This document shows positions 7,927 through 26,563 of a stretch of 64,000 nucleotides of DNA, piece by piece. The stretch comes from Candidatus Hydrogenedentota bacterium. GTDB taxonomy: Bacteria > Hydrogenedentota > Hydrogenedentia > Hydrogenedentales > SLHB01. Numbering within the stretch: position 1 is the first letter of the stretch; every line of letters begins with the position of its first letter. Where the stretch lies: contig JBPOJD010000017.1 in the NCBI GenBank assembly GCA_052033955.1, positions 70,636-134,635 on the forward strand. The letters run 5' to 3'. The position numbers and the translations under genes were made by a program. Under the pieces are notes generated by a model that searched no databases, was not told the origin of the DNA, and was given only the letters and a program-made list of their open reading frames with translations.

Positions 7927-9336
7927 GTGCCGTCCGTTTCCCCAGCGCTTCCAGACGAACCACGCCTCGCCGGTCTGCGTGAGGTCGTGGGGCTCGCGGG
8001 TCCTATCATCGTCGGAACCATGTCCTTTGCGGCCATGCAGTTTGTGGATCAGGCCATGGTGGGCCACCTGGGGGATGCGGCGCTGGCCGCGGTGGGGTCG
8101 GCGGGCATCTGGGCCTTTACCATTTCGACGTTCCAGGTGGGCATCGTCGGATGCGTCAGCACCTTTGCCTCGCAGAGTCTCGGGCGGGGCGCCCATGAGG
8201 ACTGCGCCCGGTACGCGTGGCAGGGGATCTACATTGCCCTGATCGCCGGGCTGCTGGCGGGCTTCTTCTGGCCCTTGGCGCCCTATCTTTTCGGATTCAT
8301 GCGGCACAGCCCCGAGGTGACCGAGCTCGAGGTGACCTATTTCCAATGGCGGCTGTTCGGATACGGGTTCATCGGTCTTCAGGGGGCGCTGGTATCGTTT
8401 TTTCAGGCCGTGAACCGGCCCTATCCCGCCATGGCCACGGTGCTCGCAAGCAATGGATTGAACGTCCTGCTCAACTACGGCCTTATATTCGGCAAGCTCG
8501 GGATGCCGCGTCTTGAAGTTGCCGGCGCGGCCATCGCGACGGTGCTCGCGCTGTTCTTCAACGTTATCCTGCTCGTGGCGCTCTTCCTGAGCCCGTCCTG
8601 CAACCGTCGCTTCCACACCCGTCGCAACTGGCGCCCGAGCATCGAGCGTATGCGGGAACTGGTGCGGATCGGCTGGCCCGCCGGGGTCTCGGTCTTCCTC
8701 GATGTCGCCAACTGGTCCATCTTCACCAGCATCCTGATCGGGTTCTTCGGCACGATCCAACTCGCCGGACACGTGGCGACCATGGAACTGCTCCATCTCA
8801 GCTTCATGCCCGCGCTGGGCATGCAGCACGCGATCACCGTGATTGTCGGACAATGGATCGGACGCGGCGACATCCGCCGGGCCAAGGCGCGGACCTACAC
8901 GGCCATGAAGCTGTGCGCCGTGTACATGGGCACCATGGGCATCTTGCTCGCGGTGTACGCCAAACCCTTGGTCGGCGTGGTCTTCCGGCAAGGGCCGGAG
9001 GTGGTTGCCTTGGCGCAGACGTTGCTGATCTTCGGCGCCGTGTTCCAAGCCTGTGACGCGGTGAATGTCGTCGCGATGGGGGCGTTGCGCGGCGCAGGCG
9101 ACACGCGCTACATGGCCGCGATGCTGATGCTGTTCGGCTACGGCGTGTTTCTGCCGCTGGCGTGGTTCCTGTCTGTGGTGCTTGGCATGCAGGCCGTCGG
9201 GGCATGGATCGGCGCCACGGTCTACATCATTCTGCTGAGCGGCGTGCTCTTCCGGCGTTTCCACGGTGAGCGCTGGCGGAATATCATGATCTTCGATCGC
9301 GACATGCGGACCGGGCCGGCGCTCCCCGGCGAGTAG
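7927..9336 (+). CDS. MATE-family multidrug/oligosaccharidyl-lipid efflux transporter (NorM/DinF-like)
   Basis: 12-TM protein with duplicated MATE repeats (LAGPIIVGTMSFAAMQFVDQAMVGHLG..., LALAQTLLIFGAVFQACDAVNVVAMGALRGAGDTRYM). The ORF-track start at 7804 would overlap the divergent regulator's start, so I placed the start at the in-frame GTG at 7927; the start is uncertain. Confidence 0.8.
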   Translation: MPSVSPALPDEPRLAGLREVVGLAGPIIVGTMSFAAMQFVDQAMVGHLGDAALAAVGSAGIWAFTISTFQVGIVGCVSTFASQSLGRGAHEDCARYAWQGIYIALIAGLLAGFFWPLAPYLFGFMRHSPEVTELEVTYFQWRLFGYGFIGLQGALVSFFQAVNRPYPAMATVLASNGLNVLLNYGLIFGKLGMPRLEVAGAAIATVLALFFNVILLVALFLSPSCNRRFHTRRNWRPSIERMRELVRIGWPAGVSVFLDVANWSIFTSILIGFFGTIQLAGHVATMELLHLSFMPALGMQHAITVIVGQWIGRGDIRRAKARTYTAMKLCAVYMGTMGILLAVYAKPLVGVVFRQGPEVVALAQTLLIFGAVFQACDAVNVVAMGALRGAGDTRYMAAMLMLFGYGVFLPLAWFLSVVLGMQAVGAWIGATVYIILLSGVLFRRFHGERWRNIMIFDRDMRTGPALPGE

Positions 9337-9421
9337 GCAGGCCGCGTGCGGTCTGGATTCAGGGTCGCAATTCTGCTTCAATGAGCCCTCCAGACAGTCC
9401 CAATACAGGAGAGCCCTCGCC

Positions 9422-10852
9422 ATGGTGTTCAGTCTGCCCACGGACCGCGCCCCGCGCGTCCATTTCAGCGGCATTGGCGGTACCGGGATGGTGGCGGCCG
9501 CGCGGCTCGCCGTTGAGGCCGGGTGGGAGGTGCGCGGCAGCGACAATCCGCTCTACCCGCCGACTTCGCACATGGTCGCGGCCCTCGGCATCCCCGTCGC
9601 GACGGGCTACGCGGCCGCCAATCTGGACTGGGCGCCGGACGTGGTGGTCGTGGGCAATGCCTTGAGCCGGGGCAACGCGGAGGTCGAAGCGGTCCTCGAT
9701 CGGCGGCTGGTCTATGTCAGTTTCCCGGAATGGATGAAGGGGGCCGTGCTGCGCGCGCGGCGGCCCGTGGCGATCTGCGGCACCCACGGCAAGACCACGA
9801 CCACCGCGCTGACCGCGCACGTTCTGACCGAGTGCGGGTTGGACCCGGGCTACCTGATCGGCGGGCAGCCGAAGAATCTCGCCCACCCGGCGCGCCTCGG
9901 CCCGGACGGCGCGCCCTTCATTGTGGAAGGCGACGAGTACGACAGCGCGTTCTTCGACAAGCGCGCAAAATTCTTCCACTATTTGCCAGAAATCGCCGTG
10001 GTGACATCGCTTGAGTTCGACCATGGCGACATCTATGCGACGCTGGCCGACATCGAACAGGCCTTCCGGTGGATGTTGCGGCAGGTGCCCGCCTCGGGTC
10101 ACGTGGTGCTCTGCGCCGACGAGGCAGGGGCCATGGCGCTGGCGCCGGACGCGCCGGCCCCTGTGGCGACCTATGGCCTGGATGATCGCGCGGCTTGGCG
10201 CGGCACGGTGACGGACGAAAGGGACGGGACCCGGCTGGCGGTGCAGGTTGACGGCCAGGCGTGGGGGAGCGTGCTGCTGCCGTCCTGTCTCACTGGGCGA
10301 CACAATGCCCGGAATGCGATGGCCGCCGTCACTGTGGCGGGACTGCTGGGCGCCGCACCCGAACGCATTCTGTCCGCCCTGGGGTCCTTTCAAGGCGTCA
10401 AGCGGCGCATGGACGTCTTCCTCGAGGCGCGCAGTGCGTGTTTCGTGGACGACTTCGCCCACCACCCGACCGCCATTGCCGAGACCGTCCAGGCGGCGCG
10501 GCTGCGCTGGCCCGGGCGGCGGCTGATCGTGCTCTTCGAGCCCCGCAGCAACACCACCGTGACCAACCGGTTTCAGGCGCGCTTTCCCGAGGCCTTCGCG
10601 CCCGCCGATGTGGTCTGGCTGGGGCCAATCTTCCGCGGCGACCGCCTGGCCGAGGATCAACGGCTCGACCGTGCGGCGGTGGTTGCCGCTCTGCGAGACA
10701 GTGGCAAGGCCGCGTACACCGCAGAAGACGTGGAGGAGCTGGTGACGTGGCTCGACGCGGAATTGCGGCCGCAGGACGTGGTATTGATATTGAGCAATGG
10801 GGCCTTTGGGGGAATCTACGACCGCCTGCGGGCCGTGTTCGGCGAGGCGTAA
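9422..10852 (+). CDS. mpl: UDP-N-acetylmuramate:L-Ala-gamma-D-Glu-meso-DAP ligase (murein peptide recycling ligase)
   Basis: Near-colinear with E. coli Mpl along the whole protein, for example: GSDNPLYPPTSHMV vs GSDANVYPPMSTLL; VVVGNALSRGNAEVEAVL vs VIIGNAMTRGNPCVEAVL; HGKTTTTALTAHVL; FIVEGDEYDSAFFDKRAKFFHY vs FVIEADEYDCAFFDKRSKFVHY; LFEPRSNT; ILSNGAFGGIYDRL vs VMSNGGFGGIHQKL. Confidence 0.9.
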   Translation: MVFSLPTDRAPRVHFSGIGGTGMVAAARLAVEAGWEVRGSDNPLYPPTSHMVAALGIPVATGYAAANLDWAPDVVVVGNALSRGNAEVEAVLDRRLVYVSFPEWMKGAVLRARRPVAICGTHGKTTTTALTAHVLTECGLDPGYLIGGQPKNLAHPARLGPDGAPFIVEGDEYDSAFFDKRAKFFHYLPEIAVVTSLEFDHGDIYATLADIEQAFRWMLRQVPASGHVVLCADEAGAMALAPDAPAPVATYGLDDRAAWRGTVTDERDGTRLAVQVDGQAWGSVLLPSCLTGRHNARNAMAAVTVAGLLGAAPERILSALGSFQGVKRRMDVFLEARSACFVDDFAHHPTAIAETVQAARLRWPGRRLIVLFEPRSNTTVTNRFQARFPEAFAPADVVWLGPIFRGDRLAEDQRLDRAAVVAALRDSGKAAYTAEDVEELVTWLDAELRPQDVVLILSNGAFGGIYDRLRAVFGEA

Positions 10853-10874
10853 GGCGCTGCTCTCCTGCCATCCC

Positions 10875-10904
10875 GGAGTCCAGAGGTCCTCGCCTCTGGA
10901 CTCC
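10875..10904 (+). terminator. Perfect 12-bp stem hairpin (GGAGTCCAGAGG-tcctcg-CCTCTGGACTCC) directly after the mpl stop; putative intrinsic terminator
   Basis: The inverted repeat was read directly from the sequence, 20 nt after the stop at 10852. There is no U-tract, which is common in high-GC genomes. Confidence 0.45.
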
Positions 10905-11183
10905 GCGTGTCCACGCAAAAGTAACCCACCCCACCGGCAACAGCTTCTGCTGAGTCCCAGAGAGACTCCCCGGCCCCCGATCCGCCAGTGCGTCGTTGCT
11001 GCATGTCCCATGCTATCGCATGCGGGCAAAAAAGTAAATACCTTTTTACGTAACATGGTTCCCTGGCAGGCGGGAATATTCGACGAGTTGGCCCATGTCT
11101 TGTTTCATGGGTTCGCATGGCAAGCCTGGTGCCGCTTTCCGTGGCGCCGCGGACAAAGAGGCAAGATTCTTGCTGATGGCAGT

Positions 11184-11212
11184 TTGACACGGCCTTCGCT
11201 CCATGGTAGGAT
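11184..11212 (+). promoter_or_regulatory. Near-consensus sigma70 promoter for rpoBC (TTGACA-17 nt-TAGGAT)
   Basis: TTGACA at 11184-11189, a 17-nt spacer, then TAGGAT at 11207-11212, about 125 nt upstream of the rpoB ATG. An AT-rich island at about 11020-11060 lies further upstream. Confidence 0.45.
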
Positions 11213-11337
11213 CTACATTTGTGCCCCAAGGGGGCGCTGTGTCTTTTGCGCGGGCATTCAATGGCAAGGCTTTTCCGCATCGAAGCGCACATGTCTGTTA
11301 ACCGCTAACCTTCAGTGAACGTAGAGGGGTATCCCGC

Positions 11338-15201
<3,864 letters not shown>

Positions 15202-15204
15202 GCG

Positions 15205-19335
<4,131 letters not shown>

Positions 19336-19370
19336 CGCGCGTCTTATAGCAAGCGACTCCGCCACGCCCG

Positions 19371-19400
19371 GGCCCGCCGCCGGGCGTGGCTTCGTATGTG
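19371..19400 (+). terminator. GC-rich hairpin (GCCACGCCCGG...CCGGGCGTGGC) followed by TTCGTATGT; putative rpoBC terminator
   Basis: An 11-bp inverted repeat about 35 nt after the rpoC stop, followed by a T-containing tract. Confidence 0.5.
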
Positions 19401-19500
19401 CGCCAAGTCATTTGTTGCCCGCTTTGTGCGTGTGGTATTCTTGTGGCCTGTTCAAGGGCTTGAAACCAACACCAGCTGATAGGTGAAGAGGAACAATCGG

Positions 19501-20442
19501 ATGAAACGGGTATGTCAGTGCCTGGTCGTCTTGTCGGTTTTGTGCGGCGCAAGCGCGCACGGTCTCCTGGTTGACAGCATCGTCGCCACCGTAGATACCG
19601 AAGTCATTCTGATGAGCGATTTGATCCGCGAGGTGGGCGGCCAGCTTGCCTCGAGCGGAGCGAACGACGCGACCCAGCAGCAGGTCCTGCGCGAAGCGCT
19701 CGAGCAAGCGATCGATCAAAAGATACTCATCCGTGAGGCCCTCCTGGCGGGCGTCACAATCGACGACTCCTATGTCGAGGAACAGATCCGGAAACTGCGC
19801 AACCTCTACCCGAGCAACGAGGCCTTCATGGCGGAGATCGAGCAAGCGGGCGAGAGTCTGAGCGACTTTCGCAACCGTCTGGGCAAGGATCGCATGGCCC
19901 AGGTCATGGGCTACCGCAAGATGCAGGAGTTCGAGAGCGCGGTGGTCGTCAGTGCCAGCGAGGTCGCCCAGTACTACGAAGACAACCCGGACATGTTTCA
20001 GCGTCCCGAGCGGACCCGTGTGCGCCAGATCTTCCTGTCGGCGTCTACCGACAGCGAGCGTGCGCAGGCGCGGGCGAAACTGGAGGCGCTGAAGCAGGAG
20101 CTGGCGCAGGGCGCTGAGTTCGCGGAGCTGGCCAAGACCCATTCGCAGGCCCCGGGCGCGGACCAGGGGGGCATCATCGGCTGGGTGCAGCGCGGGGACC
20201 TGGTCGCCCCGCTCGAGGAAGCGGTATTCGGCCTTCAGGCAGGGGACGTCAGTGATATCGTCGAGACCCCCGGCGGCGTCTCGTTGCTGCAGGCGGAAGC
20301 CTACGAATCGGCCGGTGTGACGGATCTCGATGCCATCCGCAGCGAGATCGAGCCGGTGCTGCGCCGGCGGGCCGCGCTCGAACGCTACAACAAGTGGATG
20401 TCCGAGCTGCGCACGCGGCGGCAAGTGCACGTTTTCCTGTGA
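19501..20442 (+). CDS. Periplasmic SurA/PrsA-like chaperone with one parvulin-type peptidyl-prolyl isomerase domain
   Basis: ATG at 19501 is preceded by GAAGAGGA (SD-like). Signal peptide MKRVCQCLVVLSVLCGASA, an N-terminal chaperone domain, and a parvulin core GGIIGWVQRGDLVAPLEEAVFGLQAGDVSDIVETPGGVSLL. Confidence 0.7.
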   Translation: MKRVCQCLVVLSVLCGASAHGLLVDSIVATVDTEVILMSDLIREVGGQLASSGANDATQQQVLREALEQAIDQKILIREALLAGVTIDDSYVEEQIRKLRNLYPSNEAFMAEIEQAGESLSDFRNRLGKDRMAQVMGYRKMQEFESAVVVSASEVAQYYEDNPDMFQRPERTRVRQIFLSASTDSERAQARAKLEALKQELAQGAEFAELAKTHSQAPGADQGGIIGWVQRGDLVAPLEEAVFGLQAGDVSDIVETPGGVSLLQAEAYESAGVTDLDAIRSEIEPVLRRRAALERYNKWMSELRTRRQVHVFL

Positions 20443-20452
20443 AGCAGCCGCG

Positions 20453-21325
20453 ATGGTAGGCCGCACGCTGAAAATGACCTTCTGGGTCATGTATGACCAT
20501 CTCGGAAAGCTCGTGCTGGCCAATCTGGTGTGGGCGCTGGCCGTGACCTTTCCCGGTTCCTTCGCCTACGCGACGCTGATGCCGTTCATCGCGGCGGCGG
20601 GCGGCGAGGGCATCGGGCCGGAGGTGGCGGGGCCGGCGGTCTGGATAGGTCTTCCGGCGGCGGTGCTCACGCTCGGCGTGGTCCTGCCCGTTGTCTCCGT
20701 GGGGCTGGCCGAGATGGCCAAAGAGTTGATTGACACGCGGGACGGATCCGTGCGCACGATGTTCAGCGGGATGCGTCGGTACGGGTTTCGCGCGGCGATT
20801 CTGGGGCTGGCCTACCTGTTTCTCGGCAGCGCGATGGCCACGAGCGTATGGTTCTACCCGGCTCGTCTGACGGGTTCGGCCCAGTGGCTGGGGGTCCTGC
20901 TCGGTGCGCTGGCCGGCTGGGCGCTGCTGTTTCTGGGGTTGACCGCGCTGTTGAGTCTGCCGGCGCTCGTGCAGAAGAAGGCCAGCGCGTGGGCCACCGC
21001 CAAGCTGGCGGCCCTGCTGGTGTTCGACAACACGTTTTTTGTGGTGGCATTGGGGTTCGTAATGATCCTCTGGACCTTTACGCTCGCCGTGCCGCCGGTT
21101 CTGTTCTTCTTGTATGGCGCCGTGGCGCTGGTGATGGTCAGCAGCGCCTACGAGATGCTGGCGCGGAAGTATGCGGCGGTTGCCCAAGACCCGTTGGCGG
21201 CGAAGGCGCAGGGCCACACGACCCGGCTCTCCGTGGCCGTGGAGCCTGCGCGGCCCGTGCCGGACGGGGAAGACGACTATTTGAACCGCGGAATTCGAGA
21301 TGCCTTGTTTCCCTGGAAAGGCTAG
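20453..21325 (+). CDS. Polytopic membrane protein, DUF624/YesL-like
   Basis: Starts at MVGRTLKMTFWVMYDHLGKLVLANLVWALAVTF, which resembles the DUF624 N-terminus, followed by 5-6 hydrophobic helices. The ORF-track start at 20330 overlaps the previous gene and was not used. Confidence 0.45.
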   Translation: MVGRTLKMTFWVMYDHLGKLVLANLVWALAVTFPGSFAYATLMPFIAAAGGEGIGPEVAGPAVWIGLPAAVLTLGVVLPVVSVGLAEMAKELIDTRDGSVRTMFSGMRRYGFRAAILGLAYLFLGSAMATSVWFYPARLTGSAQWLGVLLGALAGWALLFLGLTALLSLPALVQKKASAWATAKLAALLVFDNTFFVVALGFVMILWTFTLAVPPVLFFLYGAVALVMVSSAYEMLARKYAAVAQDPLAAKAQGHTTRLSVAVEPARPVPDGEDDYLNRGIRDALFPWKG

Positions 21326-22681
<1,356 letters not shown>

Positions 22682-22703
22682 GGCGAACGGCAGGGGGGAC
22701 GCC

Positions 22704-23030
22704 ATGGGGTGTCTCCCCTGCTTTCAGGAAACGATGCGCACGACGTCAACGAGACGGTTCTGGCTGGTGTTGCTGGTGCTTGTGGCGCTGTCCGCGGCGT
22801 ACACGGAGTGGCGCGGCCTTGTTCCGCGTTACATCGAGTACACGGAGAGCACCGCAGAACTCCAACAGTTGCGCGAGCAGGTCGAGGCCGCCCGCAGGGA
22901 AGAAGCCCGGCTCGAGCAGCGCGTGCAGGATCTAAGGGAAAACCGGGTTGAGCAGGAGGCGAGCATTCGCCGCGCGAAGAACCTGGTGCGGCCGGGCGAG
23001 ACCGTCTACCGCATAGAAACAGCCCCGTGA
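22704..23030 (+). CDS. ftsB: Cell-division protein FtsB/DivIC family (septum formation initiator)
   Basis: Immediately downstream of eno, a conserved arrangement. One TM helix (FWLVLLVLVALSAAY), a coiled coil, and a C-terminal KNLVRPGETVYRIE that matches E. coli FtsB MVKPGETFYRLV. The start could instead be the ATG at 22734. Confidence 0.7.
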   Translation: MGCLPCFQETMRTTSTRRFWLVLLVLVALSAAYTEWRGLVPRYIEYTESTAELQQLREQVEAARREEARLEQRVQDLRENRVEQEASIRRAKNLVRPGETVYRIETAP

Positions 23031-23114
23031 CGCGGGCGCGGGCTCACGGGGCATAACAGAGGACGCTCAGCGGCTCTGACACACGAGATTGTTCTAAATA
23101 GCCAGGACGAGGCC

Positions 23115-24053
23115 TTGAAGCTTCTTGGCCACAACGGAGAGCTGCGCAGATACATACAATCTGAGGCCCCGGTGCGGATCGTGGACCGTGGCGCCAAGAT
23201 CGTGGTCGTGGGCGACGAGCCCGATACGATAGTGGTCAGCGATGTGCTCGGCGAGATGCTCGATGCCGTGCGGCGGGGGCATACGCCGTCGCGGGCGGAC
23301 ATGAGCTACGCCCTGCGCGAAGCGCGCAGCCGCCGGGTGGATGCGCTGGGTTCGGTGCTGGGCGACGTCCCGGCGGCCCTGCGCAAGGACATCCACATCA
23401 AGCCACGCACCCGGGGCCAGCGCGCATACCTCGACGCGATCCGTTCCTGCGACATCACGTTCAGCATTGGCCCGGCCGGTACCGGGAAGACCTATCTGGC
23501 GATGGCGGCCGCCGTCTCCAGTCTGCTCAACAAGGAGGTCAACCGGCTGATCCTCACCCGGCCGGCGGTGGAAGCGGGTGAGAACCTGGGGTTCCTTCCC
23601 GGCGACTTGGCCCAGAAGATCAACCCGTATCTGCGACCGTTGTACGACGCGCTGTACTCGATGGTGGAGCCCGAGCGGGTGCAGCGGTTGATGGATCGCG
23701 GCATGATCGAAGTGGCGCCGCTGGCGTACATGCGCGGGCGTACCTTGAGCAGCGCCTTCGTGATCCTGGATGAGGCGCAGAACACCACGCCCGCCCAGAT
23801 GAAGATGTTTCTCACCCGCATCGGCGAAAACTCGCGTGCCGTCGTGACCGGCGACGTGACGCAAATCGACCTGCCCCGGCACACGCGCTCGGGCCTGCTC
23901 GAGGCGCGCGATGTGCTGCGGGGTATCGACGGACTTGCGATCGTCGAGCTGACGGGCGCGGACATCGTGCGGCACCCGCTGGTGCAGCGAATCGTGGACG
24001 CCTACGAAGCCGCCGATGCGGCTGGCCAGGAGGCGGCGGACGACAGCCTATGA
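23115..24053 (+). CDS. phoH: PhoH-family ATPase (YbeZ-like)
   Basis: Walker A GPAGTGKT, Walker B FVILDEAQNTT, and the PhoH signature AVVTGDVTQIDLP. It is the first gene of a phoH-ybeY-corC type operon. The start codon is a TTG, uncertain. Confidence 0.9.
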   Translation: MKLLGHNGELRRYIQSEAPVRIVDRGAKIVVVGDEPDTIVVSDVLGEMLDAVRRGHTPSRADMSYALREARSRRVDALGSVLGDVPAALRKDIHIKPRTRGQRAYLDAIRSCDITFSIGPAGTGKTYLAMAAAVSSLLNKEVNRLILTRPAVEAGENLGFLPGDLAQKINPYLRPLYDALYSMVEPERVQRLMDRGMIEVAPLAYMRGRTLSSAFVILDEAQNTTPAQMKMFLTRIGENSRAVVTGDVTQIDLPRHTRSGLLEARDVLRGIDGLAIVELTGADIVRHPLVQRIVDAYEAADAAGQEAADDSL

Positions 24054-26563
24054 TGCTCGGAAGGGCAACGCAAAAAAAGCAACGCCTGCCCGTTGCCATG
24101 TCGCGCGCCGCCCAAGGGGTCCGCGGGCTGTTCCTGCAGGCATCGCGGCTGCACAAGCTGCTGTGGCTGCTGGGATTTCTGCTGCTCACCGCGGCGATTA
24201 CCCCCTATCCGACGCTCGAGCTGCCGTTCAATCTCGAGGACGTCGAAAGTGCCGTTATCTCGGACGAGGACATTCGTGCCGAGATTCCCTTCGAGTCCGA
24301 GAACCTCGAGGCTACGCGCCTGGCGCGTCAGGCCGCGGCGGATCTCGTTCCGGCACACTACCGCGTGGATCTCGAGCGCGTACAGAACCAGATGGACGCC
24401 CTCGACGCCCGCATCGACATGGTGCTGGCGCATGTTCCCAGCGTGGCGGCCGTCGTGCGCGATGCGCTGCGTGCATCGGACATGCGGACGCCGTCGGCGG
24501 ATGTCGTGCGGCAGGCCGTCGCGGGCTATGTGTCCGGATTGACGCCCGCAGACCTGGGACTCGCCAATGACACGAACATCACGCACATGGTCCCTTGGCT
24601 GTTACCCGACCCGGCGACTGTACCCCGGCGTGATCCCCGGCCGCTTCGGGAAGACACGCCGCCCGAGGCGCCTCAGCCCGTTGCGGGCTTGACCGAACCG
24701 GAGGGTGAGGCCTTTCGCCCCGCGTATGCGGAATCGCTTGCCGACGGTGCCCGCCAGGCGCTCCACTATGTCCTGAACTACGGCATCATGGGCGAGTCCG
24801 AGTTTGCGGACCTCCCGCCGGAGGCACGTGAAGTGTCCGTTATTCGCGAGCGGACCTTGGATGACCAGCGGGTCAGCGAGCTGCTTCCGGCAGGCCGGCT
24901 GGTGACGCCCGCCGAAGCTGCGCAGATGCTGCGGACACGGCTGGCCCTCAACGTTGTCGGCATTGCCGCGCCGCAGGGAGAGTTGCCCGTGGATGCCGCG
25001 GCATTGCAGCAGGCGGCCTTCCCGCTTGCGTGGGCCGAGGTGGCCCCGACGCTGGTGTTCGACCATGTCGGCACGGAGGCCGCCCGCGAACAGGCCCGCG
25101 CGGCCGTTGCGCCGATTCTCCGGGAGTACACCATTGGCGAGACGATCATCCGGGCGGGCGACCGGTGGACACGGCAGGCCCGCGTGGATGTCAGCGCCTA
25201 TCTCGCGGAGGTCGAGACCGGGCAGCGGACGCTCTCGCGGCTGTTCAGTGCGCTGTTTGCCAATCTGATATTCGTGGCGCTGTCGCTGGCGGCCCTGCTG
25301 CGGGTGCGGACCGTGATCGGGCTCAAAGAGGGCGACGTGTTTCGCAGTCTGAACGTTGGTTTGCTGCTCACGTGTCTGACTCCCGTGCTGGGGCGCGTCA
25401 TGCTGTATTTTGACCCGACCGGTTTCGCCGTGCCGGTGGCGGCCGCCGCCATACTGGTCGCCATTCTTGTGAACGCGCGGCTGGCGCTGATCGTGAGTGT
25501 GTTGATCAGCATCCTGACCATGGTGCAGTACGGCTACAGCTGGCAGGTGCTCATCGTGCAGTTGGCGATGGCATTCACCGGCGTGTTCAGCATATCCGTG
25601 GTCCGCCGCCGGAGCGATATGAACAGCGCGGCGGTCAAGGCGACGGTTGTCGGGCTGATCGCCATGGCGGCCATCGTGCTGACGACCGATGCCTTGTGGT
25701 CCGAGGCGGCATTGCGCCGCATGGTGCTGGTTCTGCTGAACGGCGGGATGTGCATGGTGCTGGTTCCCGGGCTGCTCTCGCCGCTCGAGCGGCTGTTCCG
25801 CATCACGACGGATATCCAGCTCCTCGAATACTCCGACCTGAACAACGAGGTACTCAGTCAGATGGCGATAGAGGTGCCCGCGACCTACTCGCACAGTCTG
25901 ATGATGGGCCAGATGGCCGAGGCCGCGTCAGTGGCAATCGGCGCGAACGGGCTCCTGGCGCGGGTGTGCGCCTACTACCACGACATCGGCAAGCTTCAAC
26001 GGCCCGAGTATTTCAGCGAGAACCAGACAGGAGTCAACGTCCATGACGACCTGTCGCCGCGCATGAGCGCGCGCGCGATTGCCGCGCACGTGACCGAAGG
26101 GGTGGAGATGGCGCGCCGTTTCCATTTGCCCAAGCCCGTCGTCGACGGCATCAAGGAACACCACGGCACCGGACTCATCAGCTTCTTCTACCAGCAGGCC
26201 CTGGAGCAGAGCCGTCACGGCGACGTCGTAGAAGACGATTTCCGCTATCCAGGGCCCAAGCCGCAGCGTCCCGAGACGGCGATCCTGATGATCTGCGATG
26301 CCGTCGAGTCCGGGGTGCGGAGCATCAAGAATCCCAACGAGGAGCGGATCCGCGAGTTCGTGGACAAGATCATCAACGCGCGCGCGGCCGACGGTCAGTT
26401 TGACGAATGCGATCTTACGCTCAAGGATCTGGGCACCATCCGCGACGTGGTGACGCGGCAGGTGCTGACCAATCTGCACACGCGGATCGCCTATCCGGAG
26501 AAGGCGGTCAAGCCGCTTTCCCCCGAGCGGACGGCGACCGCTGGCGCACGGGAGAGTGAATGA
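24050..26563 (+). CDS. 7TM-receptor/HD-GYP-like HD-domain membrane phosphohydrolase (7TMR-HDED, PgpH/YqfF-like)
   Basis: 837 aa with an N-terminal extracellular region, a 7-TM block, and a C-terminal HD domain (YYHDIGKLQRP...HHGTGLISFF...MICDAVES). The start overlaps the phoH stop (ATGA). The position between phoH and ybeY matches B. subtilis yqfF. Confidence 0.8.
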   Translation: MMLGRATQKKQRLPVAMSRAAQGVRGLFLQASRLHKLLWLLGFLLLTAAITPYPTLELPFNLEDVESAVISDEDIRAEIPFESENLEATRLARQAAADLVPAHYRVDLERVQNQMDALDARIDMVLAHVPSVAAVVRDALRASDMRTPSADVVRQAVAGYVSGLTPADLGLANDTNITHMVPWLLPDPATVPRRDPRPLREDTPPEAPQPVAGLTEPEGEAFRPAYAESLADGARQALHYVLNYGIMGESEFADLPPEAREVSVIRERTLDDQRVSELLPAGRLVTPAEAAQMLRTRLALNVVGIAAPQGELPVDAAALQQAAFPLAWAEVAPTLVFDHVGTEAAREQARAAVAPILREYTIGETIIRAGDRWTRQARVDVSAYLAEVETGQRTLSRLFSALFANLIFVALSLAALLRVRTVIGLKEGDVFRSLNVGLLLTCLTPVLGRVMLYFDPTGFAVPVAAAAILVAILVNARLALIVSVLISILTMVQYGYSWQVLIVQLAMAFTGVFSISVVRRRSDMNSAAVKATVVGLIAMAAIVLTTDALWSEAALRRMVLVLLNGGMCMVLVPGLLSPLERLFRITTDIQLLEYSDLNNEVLSQMAIEVPATYSHSLMMGQMAEAASVAIGANGLLARVCAYYHDIGKLQRPEYFSENQTGVNVHDDLSPRMSARAIAAHVTEGVEMARRFHLPKPVVDGIKEHHGTGLISFFYQQALEQSRHGDVVEDDFRYPGPKPQRPETAILMICDAVESGVRSIKNPNEERIREFVDKIINARAADGQFDECDLTLKDLGTIRDVVTRQVLTNLHTRIAYPEKAVKPLSPERTATAGARESE

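Noticed and set aside
9359-11056. 565-aa minus-strand ORF
   Set aside because: Antisense to mpl, which aligns end to end with E. coli Mpl. The shadow ORF is typical of GC-rich coding DNA.
10853-11337. Possible tRNA, small protein gene or mobile element in the 485-bp spacer before rpoB (ORFs 10797..11318+, 11046..11267-)
   Set aside because: No cloverleaf-compatible TΨC/GTTC-type sequence was found, and the small ORFs lack coding-like composition. Better explained as promoter/leader and terminator elements.
20330-20452. N-terminal extensions proposed by the ORF track (20330 for the membrane protein, 26990 for CorC, 41880 for the O-methyltransferase, 50066 for the dehydrogenase, 55736..57166 for FliY)
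   Set aside because: The extensions overlap upstream genes or encode Arg/Pro-rich leaders with no homology. Internal starts with RBS-like context or ATGA/stop-overlap coupling fit better.
19408-21217. 371-aa and 322-aa minus-strand ORFs
   Set aside because: Antisense to the SurA-like gene and the DUF624-like membrane gene. Low-complexity RQ/RH-rich products.
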